Notes under the pieces: model-generated
The model's database searches: none
Seen by the model: only the letters and a program-made list of their open reading frames with translations
Told to the model about the DNA's origin: nothing
Source of the DNA: Ascidiella aspersa
Lineage: Eukaryota
Length of the DNA: 64,000 nt
Reading direction: 5' to 3'
NCBI GenBank assembly: GCA_963924565.1
Contig: OZ004613.1
Location: 11,594,001-11,658,000, forward strand
In this document: piece by piece, positions 37,501-49,173 of the stretch
How positions within the stretch are numbered: the first letter of the stretch is position 1
Layout: each line of letters begins with the position of its first letter
Program-made: the position numbers and the translations under genes

Positions 37501-38766
37501 CAATTCCTCAAAAAACTTCATTTTTTATTTATGTCTGCAATGTAATTTCTCGGGTATTGACTCCTATGTTTTTTTAAAGAGTGTGACTATTATCAAAACT
37601 AGGCTACATCAAATAATTAAGTTTCCATTGCACACGATGGCGACTAAAAAATGTTTTTGTCCTTCACCCGCAGCACACTTCGCGAAGTCGGGGTCAAGGT
37701 TCACATGTCGAGCTCGGGTTATTACGTGTTCCCGGATTTCGACTGCATTCGAACGCAGCTCGCCGCGCGCGGGATTCGAACCGGCGACAAGATGTGCGAC
37801 GCAATCTTGAAAGAGACCAACGTTGCGGTAAAGAAAAATTACCACTAACCTATACTTTCACTAAGTCTTTGCATTCGCTCAATTTGAGTTGCTGCTGCCT
37901 CGGATTTGCAACCTCTACTTACTTTTATTTTTTATCCTTTATCTACAATATACGTCACTAAGAAAGACGCCAGGCCTATTTTTTTTGGTGTCCATTTCGA
38001 AAGTTTACTGAATGATGATTTTTCAGAAAAACATCGTGAACAAAAGTGAACTATTTTTAAGCTTTACCGAACGAAGATAGTGAAAAAACAGGATTCCTGG
38101 ACAAACTCGAATAGCATTTTTTCAAACCGATAAAGTAAAATAGACAAAAGCGCAAGAAAATTAGGTGCATTGTGCAACTAGAGAAAAAAGGTTATTACGC
38201 ATATGTATTTGAACCCAGTGTTTTCAATACTGTTTTAATTGCGATATTTTCCTTTTTGTTTTGCAGCTAATGGCTGGTGGACCCTCTTACCTGCACCCAG
38301 AGGAGGAGCTTACCATGAGACTTTGTTACATCAATTTCGACGGTAATTTTTGTAGCACGGCATAGAAGCTTGGTCAGGTCAATATATTGCAGCAAAGATT
38401 ATTTGAGACATTCAGAGACCATGTACATAATTGCCAGCAAAGTTGCGCGTCACTAATTTTCCTAGAAACAATGAACATATATAAGTCAGAAAAAGTCTTT
38501 ATAGTAAAACTGCTGGATGAGCAACACTCGGTTATACATTATACCTGGCTTATTTTATGTAAAAGCCAGGTTGCCAGAACAATTTTCTGACTGATTTTTT
38601 TACCGGCATAAAATGTATTCCAGGCGCCGCGGCATTAAAGGTAAGCGAAACCATTGGCCTGAAGAAGAGTCTCCCGGAAAGATTTGTTCAGGAACATTGC
38701 GCACCTACATACGAGGCGATCAACCTACTGGCAAAGTGGATTTCCGACCAACGAGTTGCATCCTGA
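31594..38766 (+). CDS. PLP-dependent aminotransferase class I/II (aspartate aminotransferase-like, bacterial AspC-type motifs), 13 exons
   Basis: Exons 31594-31673, 31900-32027, 32406-32543, 33017-33144, 33347-33410, 33484-33523, 34054-34144, 34579-34678, 35843-35922, 36657-36739, 37674-37827, 38267-38342 and 38624-38766. Motifs: GFGQSPFP, GPGSKE, PTWTTY, CNPDNPTG, SDEIY and SGISKWASCGGWRLGY (PLP lysine). Confidence 0.92.
36148..36630. mobile_element. MITE with (caagt)n subterminal repeats; other fragments at about 1320-1400, 9940-10270, 35580-35615, 39300-39380 and 61630-61930
   Basis: TIR cagtgttgtaa / ttacaacactg, flanks ttagtttg / gtaatttg (6 of 8 match), and many aagtcaagtc / gacttaagtc units. 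Confidence 0.7.
36983..37493. mobile_element. hAT-type MITE
   Basis: TIRs cagtggttctcaaac / gtttgagaaccactg, with a perfect 8-bp TSD ctctatac. Confidence 0.9.
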
Positions 38767-41700
38767 ATTGTGTGACAGTTAGAGGTTTCAAAAGTGCGCT
38801 TTTTAGGCGCTTATGTTATATCCATTTGACTCAACCACAACAAACTGTCATTTTTTATGCAATTCTTTCAAAGTCGCAATACCGAAATGGCGCATTAGTT
38901 TTTCTTGTTCGTAATTCTGCTTTGAGTTACGGCCGTGCGTGTTTACTGGAGTAAAACGATACCAGTTGCATAATATCATATATGTAGGCCTATATTTTGT
39001 GGAAATCAAACGCTTTTACTTTAGAATGCTTTACTTAAAGTTCGTGGCTGCTTTTTTGTGAGTTTTCTTTTATTTTACGCTCGTTTAGACTTTTAAAAAG
39101 TATTTTTACTGGTTTACAATATCTTGGTTAAGACGTTTCGAAATCTGCATCAGTTATAATGTTTAAGTCAAGATGATATCGATTTACTCGTGTCCAGATT
39201 TTGTTTGTTAAAACGTCAATCACTTCTAACGAAAGACTTTCACCGTTCCAGTAGGTCTATTGATTTTTTAATTTGTTGTATGTTGTCCATTTCAGTGCAA
39301 CGATGTAAATCCAAGTTAAGGTTTAGGTATTAAAATTTAGTCAAGTAGTCTATTTTGCTTTTAATCTCAAGTCAGGTCAAATGAACCTGATAATTAAGTA
39401 TTATGTAAATGTTATACATTTTTGTATACAAATATACAAAATAGTTCATTAAATCAGCTAACTTGTTTCTGTTGGTATCGTCACCATTTCTGAACCTGTC
39501 GGTTGATCTTTATAACCACTAATTAGAGTAACGATCTGCTTCTGGTAAAACAATAAACACAAACGTTTCTCTGTGATGACATATATATATTAGTAGGCTA
39601 TGTTGTATAATATAAACATAAAACACTTGCTTTACCCTTAATTAACAACTACCGGTAAATGACTAATATATACAATAATCTCAACATAAACATATATAAT
39701 TATAATGTCAGCACTAACGTTTAGAATGATTTTAAAAGTTTACTTGATAAGAAGGCATAAGTTACCAAGTACCACGCTTACACGCTATAGGCTACAATGT
39801 ACTTTTTAGGAGAGAACAATCAATCCTTTTTAGTATGAGCTTGAATGCATTGTTTACCTAATAAAGGATAAAGTTTTCCACTCCTCGGTGTTTACAAACA
39901 TTCTAAGGCAGTGCTTTTCTACCTTTACAATTTCTATCCGCACTTTTTTATTTCGGAAAATTTCCATCCGCCCGAAACAAGCACAGTAAGTTTGCAAACT
40001 TTAGTTTTATTTGTGAAATAACAATGAAAGGGTTTGTGTATTGAAACCGTGTGCCTAAGCCTTGACCGATATAAAATAGATAGCTTACTGTACCTGTAAC
40101 GCTTAATGGGCGCACCAGTTTATTAATATGCTCCATTTTCATCCGCGCGACGTTTGTCATCCGCATTACAATTTTTTTTATCCGCACAAGTGCGTACCAT
40201 CCCACGGGTTGAAAAGCACTGTTCTAAGGAATCAGCAATGCACACGCCTTAATAATTTGCACGTTATCTACATAAAAACTTTATCGAATTTTTATAATAG
40301 ACCTCGGTTTTTGTTTATGACACCGGTCAATTGTATTTGTTTGTGATTACCTTGTGCACTCTGTTGGCCTTGTACTTGAAATACACAAGTTTGTAAATTT
40401 AACCGACAACCTCATCCCCAAAACTAAACTGATTAAGTGGAGAAAGTGCATGACGTAAACTTAGAATGTTTCGCTAGTTCCGCACCCTGGTATTGCAGTC
40501 TGGGCCGTTGGCTAATTAATAACCTACCGTGTCCGAATGTCATTTTTGAGATCCACATAATTTTTTGTAAGAATTGTCAATAATTTAATCCTGAACGTTT
40601 TGGAGTAACGCGCCCTGAGTTCAAAGTTTGAACGTAATGGTTGTTGTCAAGCTTGAGCCTGCAAATCTACTTTGTTTTGACAGCTCACGTGACAACCTTT
40701 CCCGCGTAAACAATTTTACAACAATGGGATGGTTTCCACCACTAGGGGTCGCGCGGACCGACTCAGATGAAGTCGCATTTTTTTACAATGGCGATAGGTC
40801 TGAGACTGGCACTATTTGGTCGATAATTAAGTTATAAGGGCCGTTTGCGACATTTTGACCGGTTTAACTGGTAAGTTTATCCCTGTAGTCACTATCAGAA
40901 CATTTTTTTTCAATTTTTATCGCAAAGAAGTATGTGAACATTGCTTTTTCCAGTCATCAAACTATCCTGGCAATAAATTGTTGTAATTTACGCCTTTCCC
41001 ACTCCCCGAATCAAAGACTGGATTGTTATTTAAGTTAATTTACGATTTTAGCTTGTTGTCACACTCAGAAAATCTTTCACGAGAAATTTGGTTGGCAAGG
41101 TGGTTGTGGTATGTTTTGGGGTAAGCTTCTAGTTATTGGTCCAGAAAGTGCATTAAACTAACATGCATTTACCAAGTGAAAGGGTTTACCATAATGAAGT
41201 TAGATATATTGGTCAATTTTTACTAATAATGTTGTTTATAATTTTCTGAAGTTAGTGAGAATTTTGTGTAAACTTCTAGAAAATACTTGTTTGGTAATAT
41301 TAAACCTGCTATGCATTCTCTTCCTGGGTTAACAATTTATGGAACTAAAGAAACTGATACTGGAATACAATTTAAGCAGATGCTGCTTTCCAAGTGATCT
41401 AACAGGTAAAAGTTTATTTTCTACCTCTAGTTCTCCCTGATTATATTAGTTTGTTATATGCAGTTTTTTTAAGTTATGGGATTCTTTAACGGTGTTTGAT
41501 TTAGTTGAAATAAATAATAATCTATAATTCAAAAAATACACTTGTTTAGTTGCTATACTGTTTTATTTGTAGCAAATAATCAGTATCTTATAAAAATTAT
41601 TTATACCGTTTTTATAGGTTTGGAATCAAAACAGACAAATCTGGAAATATAATTTCTACAAGGGAAGATTCAAACAAGCCTGCATTAAAAAACTCTTTTA

Positions 41701-42533
41701 ATCATGTTCTTGGTGTCATATACTACGGTTCACACCTAACAAAAAGTCAACAGTTTTGCTTGTTTTATTAAACTTCATAATATGCATTTATTTTTTGTAT
41801 GATACGAAGTGAAACAAAATTATACAGTTGTTTTATCGCTGCGAATTAAATTGATGCTTTGCAAACCTGAAGTACGCAAAAAACCACAAGTAAAAAACAT
41901 TCTATTAAATTTCATATTAAAATCAATATAATATTATTCTGTGATTTGACTACTATTTGAAGAATGATAAGATTCATCGTAGTTGTGACTTGTGACTTGT
42001 TTGTAACATTGGAAACTGACAAACTTCTTTCATTTTCCTGGCGTTGTTCGACAAATATACGGTTTCTTTGTCAAGATGTAAGATTTCAGTTCTGTAGCTA
42101 AAATATTCTTTGGAATTCAGCAAGTGCCTGATTTTTCAGCCAAATGCACAAGCTTGCATGATAGTGTCTGCTCTAGGGCTCCAGGCTATATTTATTCAAC
42201 TTTTGTAAAACCACATGAGGTCACTTGTAAGAAAGGTTATAATAAGATAACATTTACAAAATTACACCCATTTCAAAACAGTACAAATAGTTAGTTGTTT
42301 TAAAAGGATGTGGATCACTCGAATATTTTCCTAAGATGTGAGGTATCTTGTATGAAAAGATGTCAAATTAATGTTGAGTACAAAAGAAATATCTGGTGAA
42401 AAATTTAAGTTAATTCACAAGCAATACAATGTCGTTTAGAATACTATACAGAAGATATATTTTCGAATTAAAAATGACTGTTAAAAAGTGTGAATGAACT
42501 TGCAAAATGCAAAGTTATAGGTTAAAAAACAGC

Positions 42534-42736
42534 GGCGCTGGTCTAGAATCCTACCACAACGAAACACCTTTTGGGTTAGGGTGCGGGTTAGCGTTTGGGT
42601 AAAGGTGGGTCAAGTATTATTATTAAATAAAGAATATAATAATACTTGACCCACCCACACCCAAACGCTAACTCGCAACCTAACTCAAATTTTGTGCGTT
42701 GATTTTAGAACTGTGGTAGGATTCTAGACCAGCGCC
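42534..42736. mobile_element. Palindromic foldback MITE with an 8-bp TSD and telomere-like gggtta units
   Basis: Perfect 24-bp TIR ggcgctggtctagaatcctaccac, with near-continuous inverted symmetry to the centre. TSD aaaacagc at 42526-42533 and 42737-42744. Confidence 0.85.
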
Positions 42737-43589
42737 AAAACAGCAGTACCACAAAAAACTACAATATTCCCTCATAAAAATGCTTATTTCAGCTTTGTTC
42801 GCAACTAGCTGGCCTTAAATATTCTAATTACATTTTATTTATAATTTAAAGTTGACGCAAATGCTTCCTGGTTTTAACCGAAACCCTATTTTAAGTACAA
42901 AATTAAAGTTGTAACAGTACATGTTTAACAACTTCTCGCTACCAGTATTTGACGAAATTGCGAATAAAAAGTGATTATAGATATTAATTAAAGTTAACTT
43001 TAAACGAATAATTAGCTTCATAATAGATTCTACAAAAACAAAGCGCGAAAACACGTAATTGAAAACCACGGATTACCATTGGAAAAGATAGGCGCTCGCA
43101 ACTGTTCATCTGACTCACGCAACGCCTCTAGTGGTGGAAACCATCCCATTGGAAAATTGGGAGTTCATAACATTAAAACAAAAATTATTTTTTTTAGAAA
43201 TAGTAGTAAAATGGTATTTTTGATACGAAATACTTTATTTATGATTATTTAAGTTCTACAAACAAGGAATTCGGCTTGATGCTGTAAAATTAATTATTTT
43301 TTTGTGTTGAACGACTTAAAAGTTTAGGAAAGAAAAATATGATATAATTCTTAAGTTAAGCATCAACTTTTTAAAGGGCGCAGTTTAAAAAATGGAATTA
43401 AACGACATTTGTTGGCAAAAATTGGAAAAAAATATATTTATGACGTCAAAAGGACTGCACGCGGTTCAACTGGGGTTAAAGGTTATTGAATCGGAAATCA
43501 ACCACGTTGAAGAAACAGTTCGGCAAAACTGGAAACAGGAAGGCAAGACTTTGACAATATCGCCAGTTACCAATAAAAAAACAGGCAAC

Positions 43590-45413
43590 ATGAACAAGAT
43601 CTATATCGGAAACTTACCGCAGGACATCACACAGCAGTCATTGTGTGACGCATTCACCGCGCAGTGCAACATTGAGTTGACCAGTGTTGTGGTGAATCAG
43701 AAAGGTTTTGCGTTTGCAGATTGCAAGGACCCTATCGCGGCCGATCGCGCCATCGAGCACATGAATGGTTTCGCCCTTAACGGCAAGGAGATGAGCGTCG
43801 AGCACTCGGTGCCACGCGGATCGCGCAGCAGGAAGGTTCAAGTGCGTCACATCCCGTCCCACCTGAACTGGGAAGAACTCGACAAGCTTTTGGCCGAGTT
43901 CGGAACAGTCGACAACTGCGAGCAGGTTTCAACCGAGTCCGACACGGCCACCGTCAAGGTCACTTACAGCACGCGTGCGGAGGCCCAGGCAGCAATCCGC
44001 GACCTTAATGGTAAATCTGTCGAAGGCAGCATTTTGAAAGTTACCCTGCTGCCGGATTCTTATGACGCTATTCGCCAAAACAGAGGAAACAACCGCTTTG
44101 CAAACGGCGGCAACAACAACAACTATGGTGGCCCATTTAACAACAACAATAACCCGAAGAACTTTGCAAACAGGCCCAAGAACATCCCGGATTTGCCTAC
44201 TCGCATGCTCGTACCAAGTCAGCTAGTTGGAGCCATAATTGGAAAAGGAGGGGAGTCCATTCGGGCTATTACACAAAAGACCCATGCTCGCATTGACGTA
44301 CACCGCAAAGACAACCCAGGTGCTACTGAGAAGGCTATTACAATAAATGGATCCCCAGATGCTTGTGGAGCCGCTGTTGCTTGCATTTTGGAAATAGTTC
44401 GCGAAGAAGACAAAAATGCGAGAATGGCTGCTGGTACTTGGAACGATGATGAAATCCCGCTCAAAATTCTGGCACACAACTCCTTGATTGGAAGACTTAT
44501 TGGAAAGGAAGGTCGCAACTTGAAAGCCATTCAGGAGAAGGTGGATGCGAAGATTGCAATTTCCAACAGCATGGCAGATATGCAACAGTACAATGTGGAA
44601 CGCACCATTGCTATATATGGAGACAACGAGAAATGCGCTGCTGCAGAAGTTTTGCTGATGGAGAAACTTCGTTCGTGCTATGAAAATGACATGATGGCTG
44701 CTTACCAACAACCCCAGCACTATCCCGGCCTTAACATGAATCAACTGAACATGTTTCCTGGTCTGCATGCAGGCTATGGCCCCCCTCGCGATCCACTGTA
44801 TGGTATGAACAACAACTACATGAATGGTCCTGGTGGTTATAGAAACGGCCCCAATTTTAACTCAGAGGGGCGTGCCGGCCAAGAAAGCGAAACCTGCACA
44901 CTGTATATTCCATCTGAATCGGTTGGTGCCATGATCGGGACCAAGGGCAGCCACATTCGCAACATCTCTCGCATCGCTAATGCTTCCATTAAAATTGTTC
45001 CACCAGAAGATGGAGATGACGAAAAGCAGCGTCGAGTTACAATCATGGGAAATCCTGAAGGACAGTGGAAATCCCAGTTCTGTATCTTCGATAAACTAAA
45101 ACAGGAGGGTTTCTTCAACGAACAAGATGAGAAATTGACATCGGAAATGACAATCCCTGCTTCCATTGTTGGTCGGGTGATCGGAAAAGGTGGAAATAAC
45201 GTGCGTGAGTTGCAACGCCTGACAAGCTCTGAGGTTGTAATTCCCCGCCAGAGCGAAACTGAAGGACTTGAGGAGGTGCCAGTCAAGATCGTTGGCCACT
45301 TCTTTGCAATTCAGTCGGCGCAGCGCAAGATCCGTGAGCTGTTGGTCAAGGCAAGGGAGGCTGAACGTGTTGGAAACATGCGACCACCAAATGGCGTTCC
45401 TGCCGCTAACTGA
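43590..45413 (+). CDS. IGF2BP: IGF2 mRNA-binding protein (IMP/VICKZ/ZBP1 family; 2 RRM + 4 KH), single coding exon, 607 aa
   Basis: Family-typical start MNKIYIGNL and RRM2 RSRKVQVRHIP.HLNWE.LD.LLA.FGTV.NCEQV. The four KH domains have intact GxxG loops (GKGG, GKEG, GTKG, GKGG), with EIPLKILAHNSLIGRLIGKEGRNLK. The ORF is uninterrupted. Confidence 0.95.
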   Translation: MNKIYIGNLPQDITQQSLCDAFTAQCNIELTSVVVNQKGFAFADCKDPIAADRAIEHMNGFALNGKEMSVEHSVPRGSRSRKVQVRHIPSHLNWEELDKLLAEFGTVDNCEQVSTESDTATVKVTYSTRAEAQAAIRDLNGKSVEGSILKVTLLPDSYDAIRQNRGNNRFANGGNNNNYGGPFNNNNNPKNFANRPKNIPDLPTRMLVPSQLVGAIIGKGGESIRAITQKTHARIDVHRKDNPGATEKAITINGSPDACGAAVACILEIVREEDKNARMAAGTWNDDEIPLKILAHNSLIGRLIGKEGRNLKAIQEKVDAKIAISNSMADMQQYNVERTIAIYGDNEKCAAAEVLLMEKLRSCYENDMMAAYQQPQHYPGLNMNQLNMFPGLHAGYGPPRDPLYGMNNNYMNGPGGYRNGPNFNSEGRAGQESETCTLYIPSESVGAMIGTKGSHIRNISRIANASIKIVPPEDGDDEKQRRVTIMGNPEGQWKSQFCIFDKLKQEGFFNEQDEKLTSEMTIPASIVGRVIGKGGNNVRELQRLTSSEVVIPRQSETEGLEEVPVKIVGHFFAIQSAQRKIRELLVKAREAERVGNMRPPNGVPAAN

Positions 45414-47081
45414 GAAGCAGAAGTGTGAGAAAGGAAAGAAGTTTTGACACATCCACTTGTACAAAATGACTCGGACACTTTGACTTGTATCTTAGTTACT
45501 ACTAACTGTTCCACCGTTATTAATTTAGTGTCGACAAACAATGTACTTGCTTTAACTGTTCAGTAAATTGGCTCCCACTTAAATTTTGCCTTGCCAGCTT
45601 GTTGTTTAAATTGATGTCAATGTATTTGTTGGTAGCCCAATTTAACTAATTAACATCCAAATTACTTGCATGCTTAGCTGTCAAATGTAATTGTATGCAT
45701 CATGAAATCACATTGATTCAATGAATAAGAGCGAAATTATGGGCAAATGAACTTGACATGAGTTAAAGTGTGGGTACAATCTTATACCGCCACTGATGAA
45801 AATGCTGCTACTACTACTTTACACTTTGTGGGTTTCTAAAGTTCCTTTTTGTCCAAATTGCACATTAGCAAAGTAAATGGTGACCATCCTAAACCATTGT
45901 AGAGGTAGAAGCACAAGAATTTTCTTGTTCTTCTACTTCGTTCTTATAAGTTTTTACTTATTTTAATACTTTCCGAGGGGGGGTTGTAACATTGCAGTTG
46001 TAGTTTTTTTTTCATTTTTTTTACTTTTTATGTTTTGAAGCTAGTAGTTTAATGCTGCCAGTGGAATTATTGTGTGTGTGCGCTCATGTGCTTTTTTTGC
46101 CAAAACGCCATCATGGCAATGTTTTGTTTCAGTGAATCAACTATGTTTGCATTTTTTTAACCGAACTTCTAAACCCACAAAAGTTTTTGCCAAATGTGGC
46201 AATTATAAGAGAAGTAAAGATCGACCAACCACAGTGAGATGCCGAAGATCTTGTAATCAGAATTGCGATCTCAATTGCAAGCATTTTCTTACCATGCTTA
46301 TAGAAAGTGTCCACATTTTCACCCATTATCAAGAAATGTTTCCGTGGTGATCCTGAGTGCTTTGTAACTTTGTTTTTGTGTGTGAGTTTCAAAACAAAAA
46401 CCTGTTCATTAAAATGTTTTCTTCTGACTTTTTGTTTGCCTGTTGTCTAGTACTTGCTATAGCATAAACAGCTAAAAGGTGAAGAACAATAATAGTAATA
46501 ATGCTTTATTTGGTGCATAATGTCATTTGGTATTAAGTATGGAAATGTAACTGGTTCATGTCTTGTATATATTCATAGGTGTAGGACATAGGAAAATATT
46601 GCACCATCATAACTATCAACATTCAACAATGCGACACTTGGAGGAAGTTTGGAACATAAAAAACTTTTGAAATACAAGAAATCATACTTCTAAAAAACTC
46701 CACAAATTAGAAACTAAAAATACAAGGTTTGAAAATCTGCACCAATAACAATAACGAAATATAAACCCATTTTTGTGTTTTAAAGTTTGTTAAGATTATT
46801 AACTTTTGTATTATTACTTGGCTCTGCCCACTTTAAAAAAAACAACAATGTTTAGTAGGACTGACTTTATTTATAAGAACAGCAGTATTTTTTAATCCCT
46901 CTGTGCAAAAGTGTTTTAAATGCCACATTTGTATATAAAGATATAGTATGTGACAGGTGACACAAACATTATAGATGTATAATAATAGACCATTAAAAAA
47001 ATGTAATTTTATGATTTCTTTTTGTTTAAAAATGTCTCACTGTTTTAAATAAATAACCAATATAAACCAAATGATCTAGAC

Positions 47082-48303
47082 CAGCGTTTTCAAAAACTTT
47101 TCTAAAAAGTTTTACTTGTCGATCTTAGGCAATTGATACTTTGCAGACCTTTAAAATTCAAGGGTCAGTTGACCCATGTTATCTTGTAGTAACACTAGTG
47201 CAGCCACGATTCTTTCTAATGTAACAACTTTCTAATTATTGCAAACAATTTGCTGATAGCAGGTAGTATAGCATAATAGATGCTTTATGATATCACAAGA
47301 GACATCATGAAACACCCTATATTATAGAATAATAAAGCAAACATAAAGACTAATAATGATGACAGATACTGTTCAAAACAGGGGTTGGCAACCTAAGGCC
47401 CGCGGGCTAGATCCGGCCCGCCAACGTAATTTATCCGGTCCGCCGCCTCATTGACAAACTAGGCACAAGTCTATTTCACATACTTTTTGACTATTTTAAC
47501 TACGTATGTTTGAAAAATTTTCGCGCTTCCCGACAATGATTTTTATACATCCAGTTAGTTTACCTTTTGGTGCTTCGTTACCGTTGCAGCATAAAAGGCT
47601 GACAATTAGTGCGTCGTGGACAAACGAAATACAGATTCAAAATGTTTTCACATATATTTTTTAGCATTTTATTATTTTTGGCAGTGTAATAAAAACTTGC
47701 CAGAACTTTAAAAGAAATAACGGTATACCAAAATAAAAAAATGGCACTTGCTTCGCTTGCCAGGTACGCCCAAACTTCAAAAGTTAGCAAATACTGAACT
47801 AGATTAACCAATAAAGTTTTCGCGTTTTTTCAAAGTAGTTTTATTACACTGTATGGATGACGATGTGTGGACTCAAATTTTACGCCAAACAAACGTTTTT
47901 TTTTTCGCGCTTTGCGCCAACACTTTACTGCCTCCTTAAATGTAATTCAACACCTCTTTCAGTGCCAAAAAATTCGAGACCCGCCTGATTCACAGTTGTT
48001 CTAACATTTCAATAACGCAATTTTTAGTGAACATTTTGTGCGGCCCGCAGATACCTTTCTGAGTTTGGTTTTGGCCCGCGACTAGAAAAAGGTCGCCAAC
48101 CCCTGGTTTAAAACATAGACTAATATTTAAAAACATACGCTAAAGCCTAATATTTAAAAAATGTTCAAAACGCAGACTAATGTTTAAAAACATTCGCTAA
48201 AGCCTAATATTATAAAACATTAAAGACTAATTCTCATTGCGGACCCTCTGAAATTGCTGCATGGAGCCCAGTTTGTCCACGAACCCCAATTTGGGAACTG
48301 CTG
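47082..48303. mobile_element. Older hAT-type MITE hosting a nested MITE
   Basis: Degenerate TIRs cagcgttttcaaaa / tttgggaactgctg, with TSD atctagac / gtctagac. Confidence 0.65.
47379..48105. mobile_element. hAT-type MITE nested in 47082-48303
   Basis: TIRs caggggttggcaacct / aggtcgccaacccctg, TSD gttcaaaa / gtttaaaa, and ggcccgc subterminal repeats. Confidence 0.85.
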
Positions 48304-49173
48304 GTCTAGACTATTCTGCCATTAAACTTAAAATGTAATTGTATAGGATTATATTTTCCATATAACAACATCCTCCGCATAAGGAAGAATATCCCCCTTA
48401 TAATTTTTTTTAGACATGGTTAATCCACTATAGGTGAAATATATTTATTTAAAATGGCATATAAAGTGATTGACCTTGATTTCATGCTTGAAAAGTCTAA
48501 CGATTATTCGCTTTTAATATTTTATAAATTAATCATGTTTGTCAATTTTCTTTAAAGTAAAGATTGCAGGGTTAGGTTATATAACACAAATCTTACAATA
48601 ACAAGATTCAGTTTAATAACTGGCCTTCATTTCGTCGCAGAATCCATCAAGGCATTTGATGAAAGCTAAGTAATGGTATCTTATATGTTCAGAAAGTTTA
48701 TAAGCAGTCGTACTGAAAACAAAATAAATGAAATAAGCTCTAAAATGTTTCCATATATCACAGCTTGTCAATAGCTTTTTCGGAATGTGTAAAAATGCAG
48801 GATTGGATTGTAATTAACTTAACTGTAGTAAAATGTAACTTAGGGATATAACATAACATTGTCTCCTTTTGCAATCAAAGGTGCAACTTTGACAATCATA
48901 TGTGACCAACTGACTAATTTACTAAAAATTGGCTAATTTACCAAAAATACTGCTTTGTAAACCAATTTGGTACACCAAAAGCCAAAAAGTTTGGCGGCCA
49001 TTTAAAACTTTTTTTATTTTCTTATGATTTCAGAATATAAATTAATTAGCATTATGTTGTATTGTATTGTATAAACTTCTTTCTTCTTTAAACTAACATT
49101 AATCTATCATTGTGTATATATATGCAATTGAAATCTTGCTTTGTACAGACAAACTTGTATTAATAAGCAGACA

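Noticed and set aside
37760-37790. tRNA T-arm-like sequence on the minus strand (gtcgccggttcgaatcccgcg)
   Set aside because: It lies inside aminotransferase exon 11 (AARGIRTGD) and has no D-arm or acceptor stem, so it is coincidental.
40871-41279. Intronic C/D-box snoRNAs or a pre-miRNA in the putative non-coding unit
   Set aside because: There is no proper RTGATGA..CTGA pair with a terminal stem in sense orientation, and the tccagtc/gactgga stem is too short for a miRNA hairpin.
43392-43589. 66-codon N-terminal extension of IGF2BP in the ORF track
   Set aside because: Family members start at MNKxYIGNL (43590). The extension is AT-rich and has no domain character, so it is probably UTR or promoter.
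43638-45541. Several antisense ORFs overlapping IGF2BP
   Set aside because: They are shadows of a long coding exon and show no motifs.
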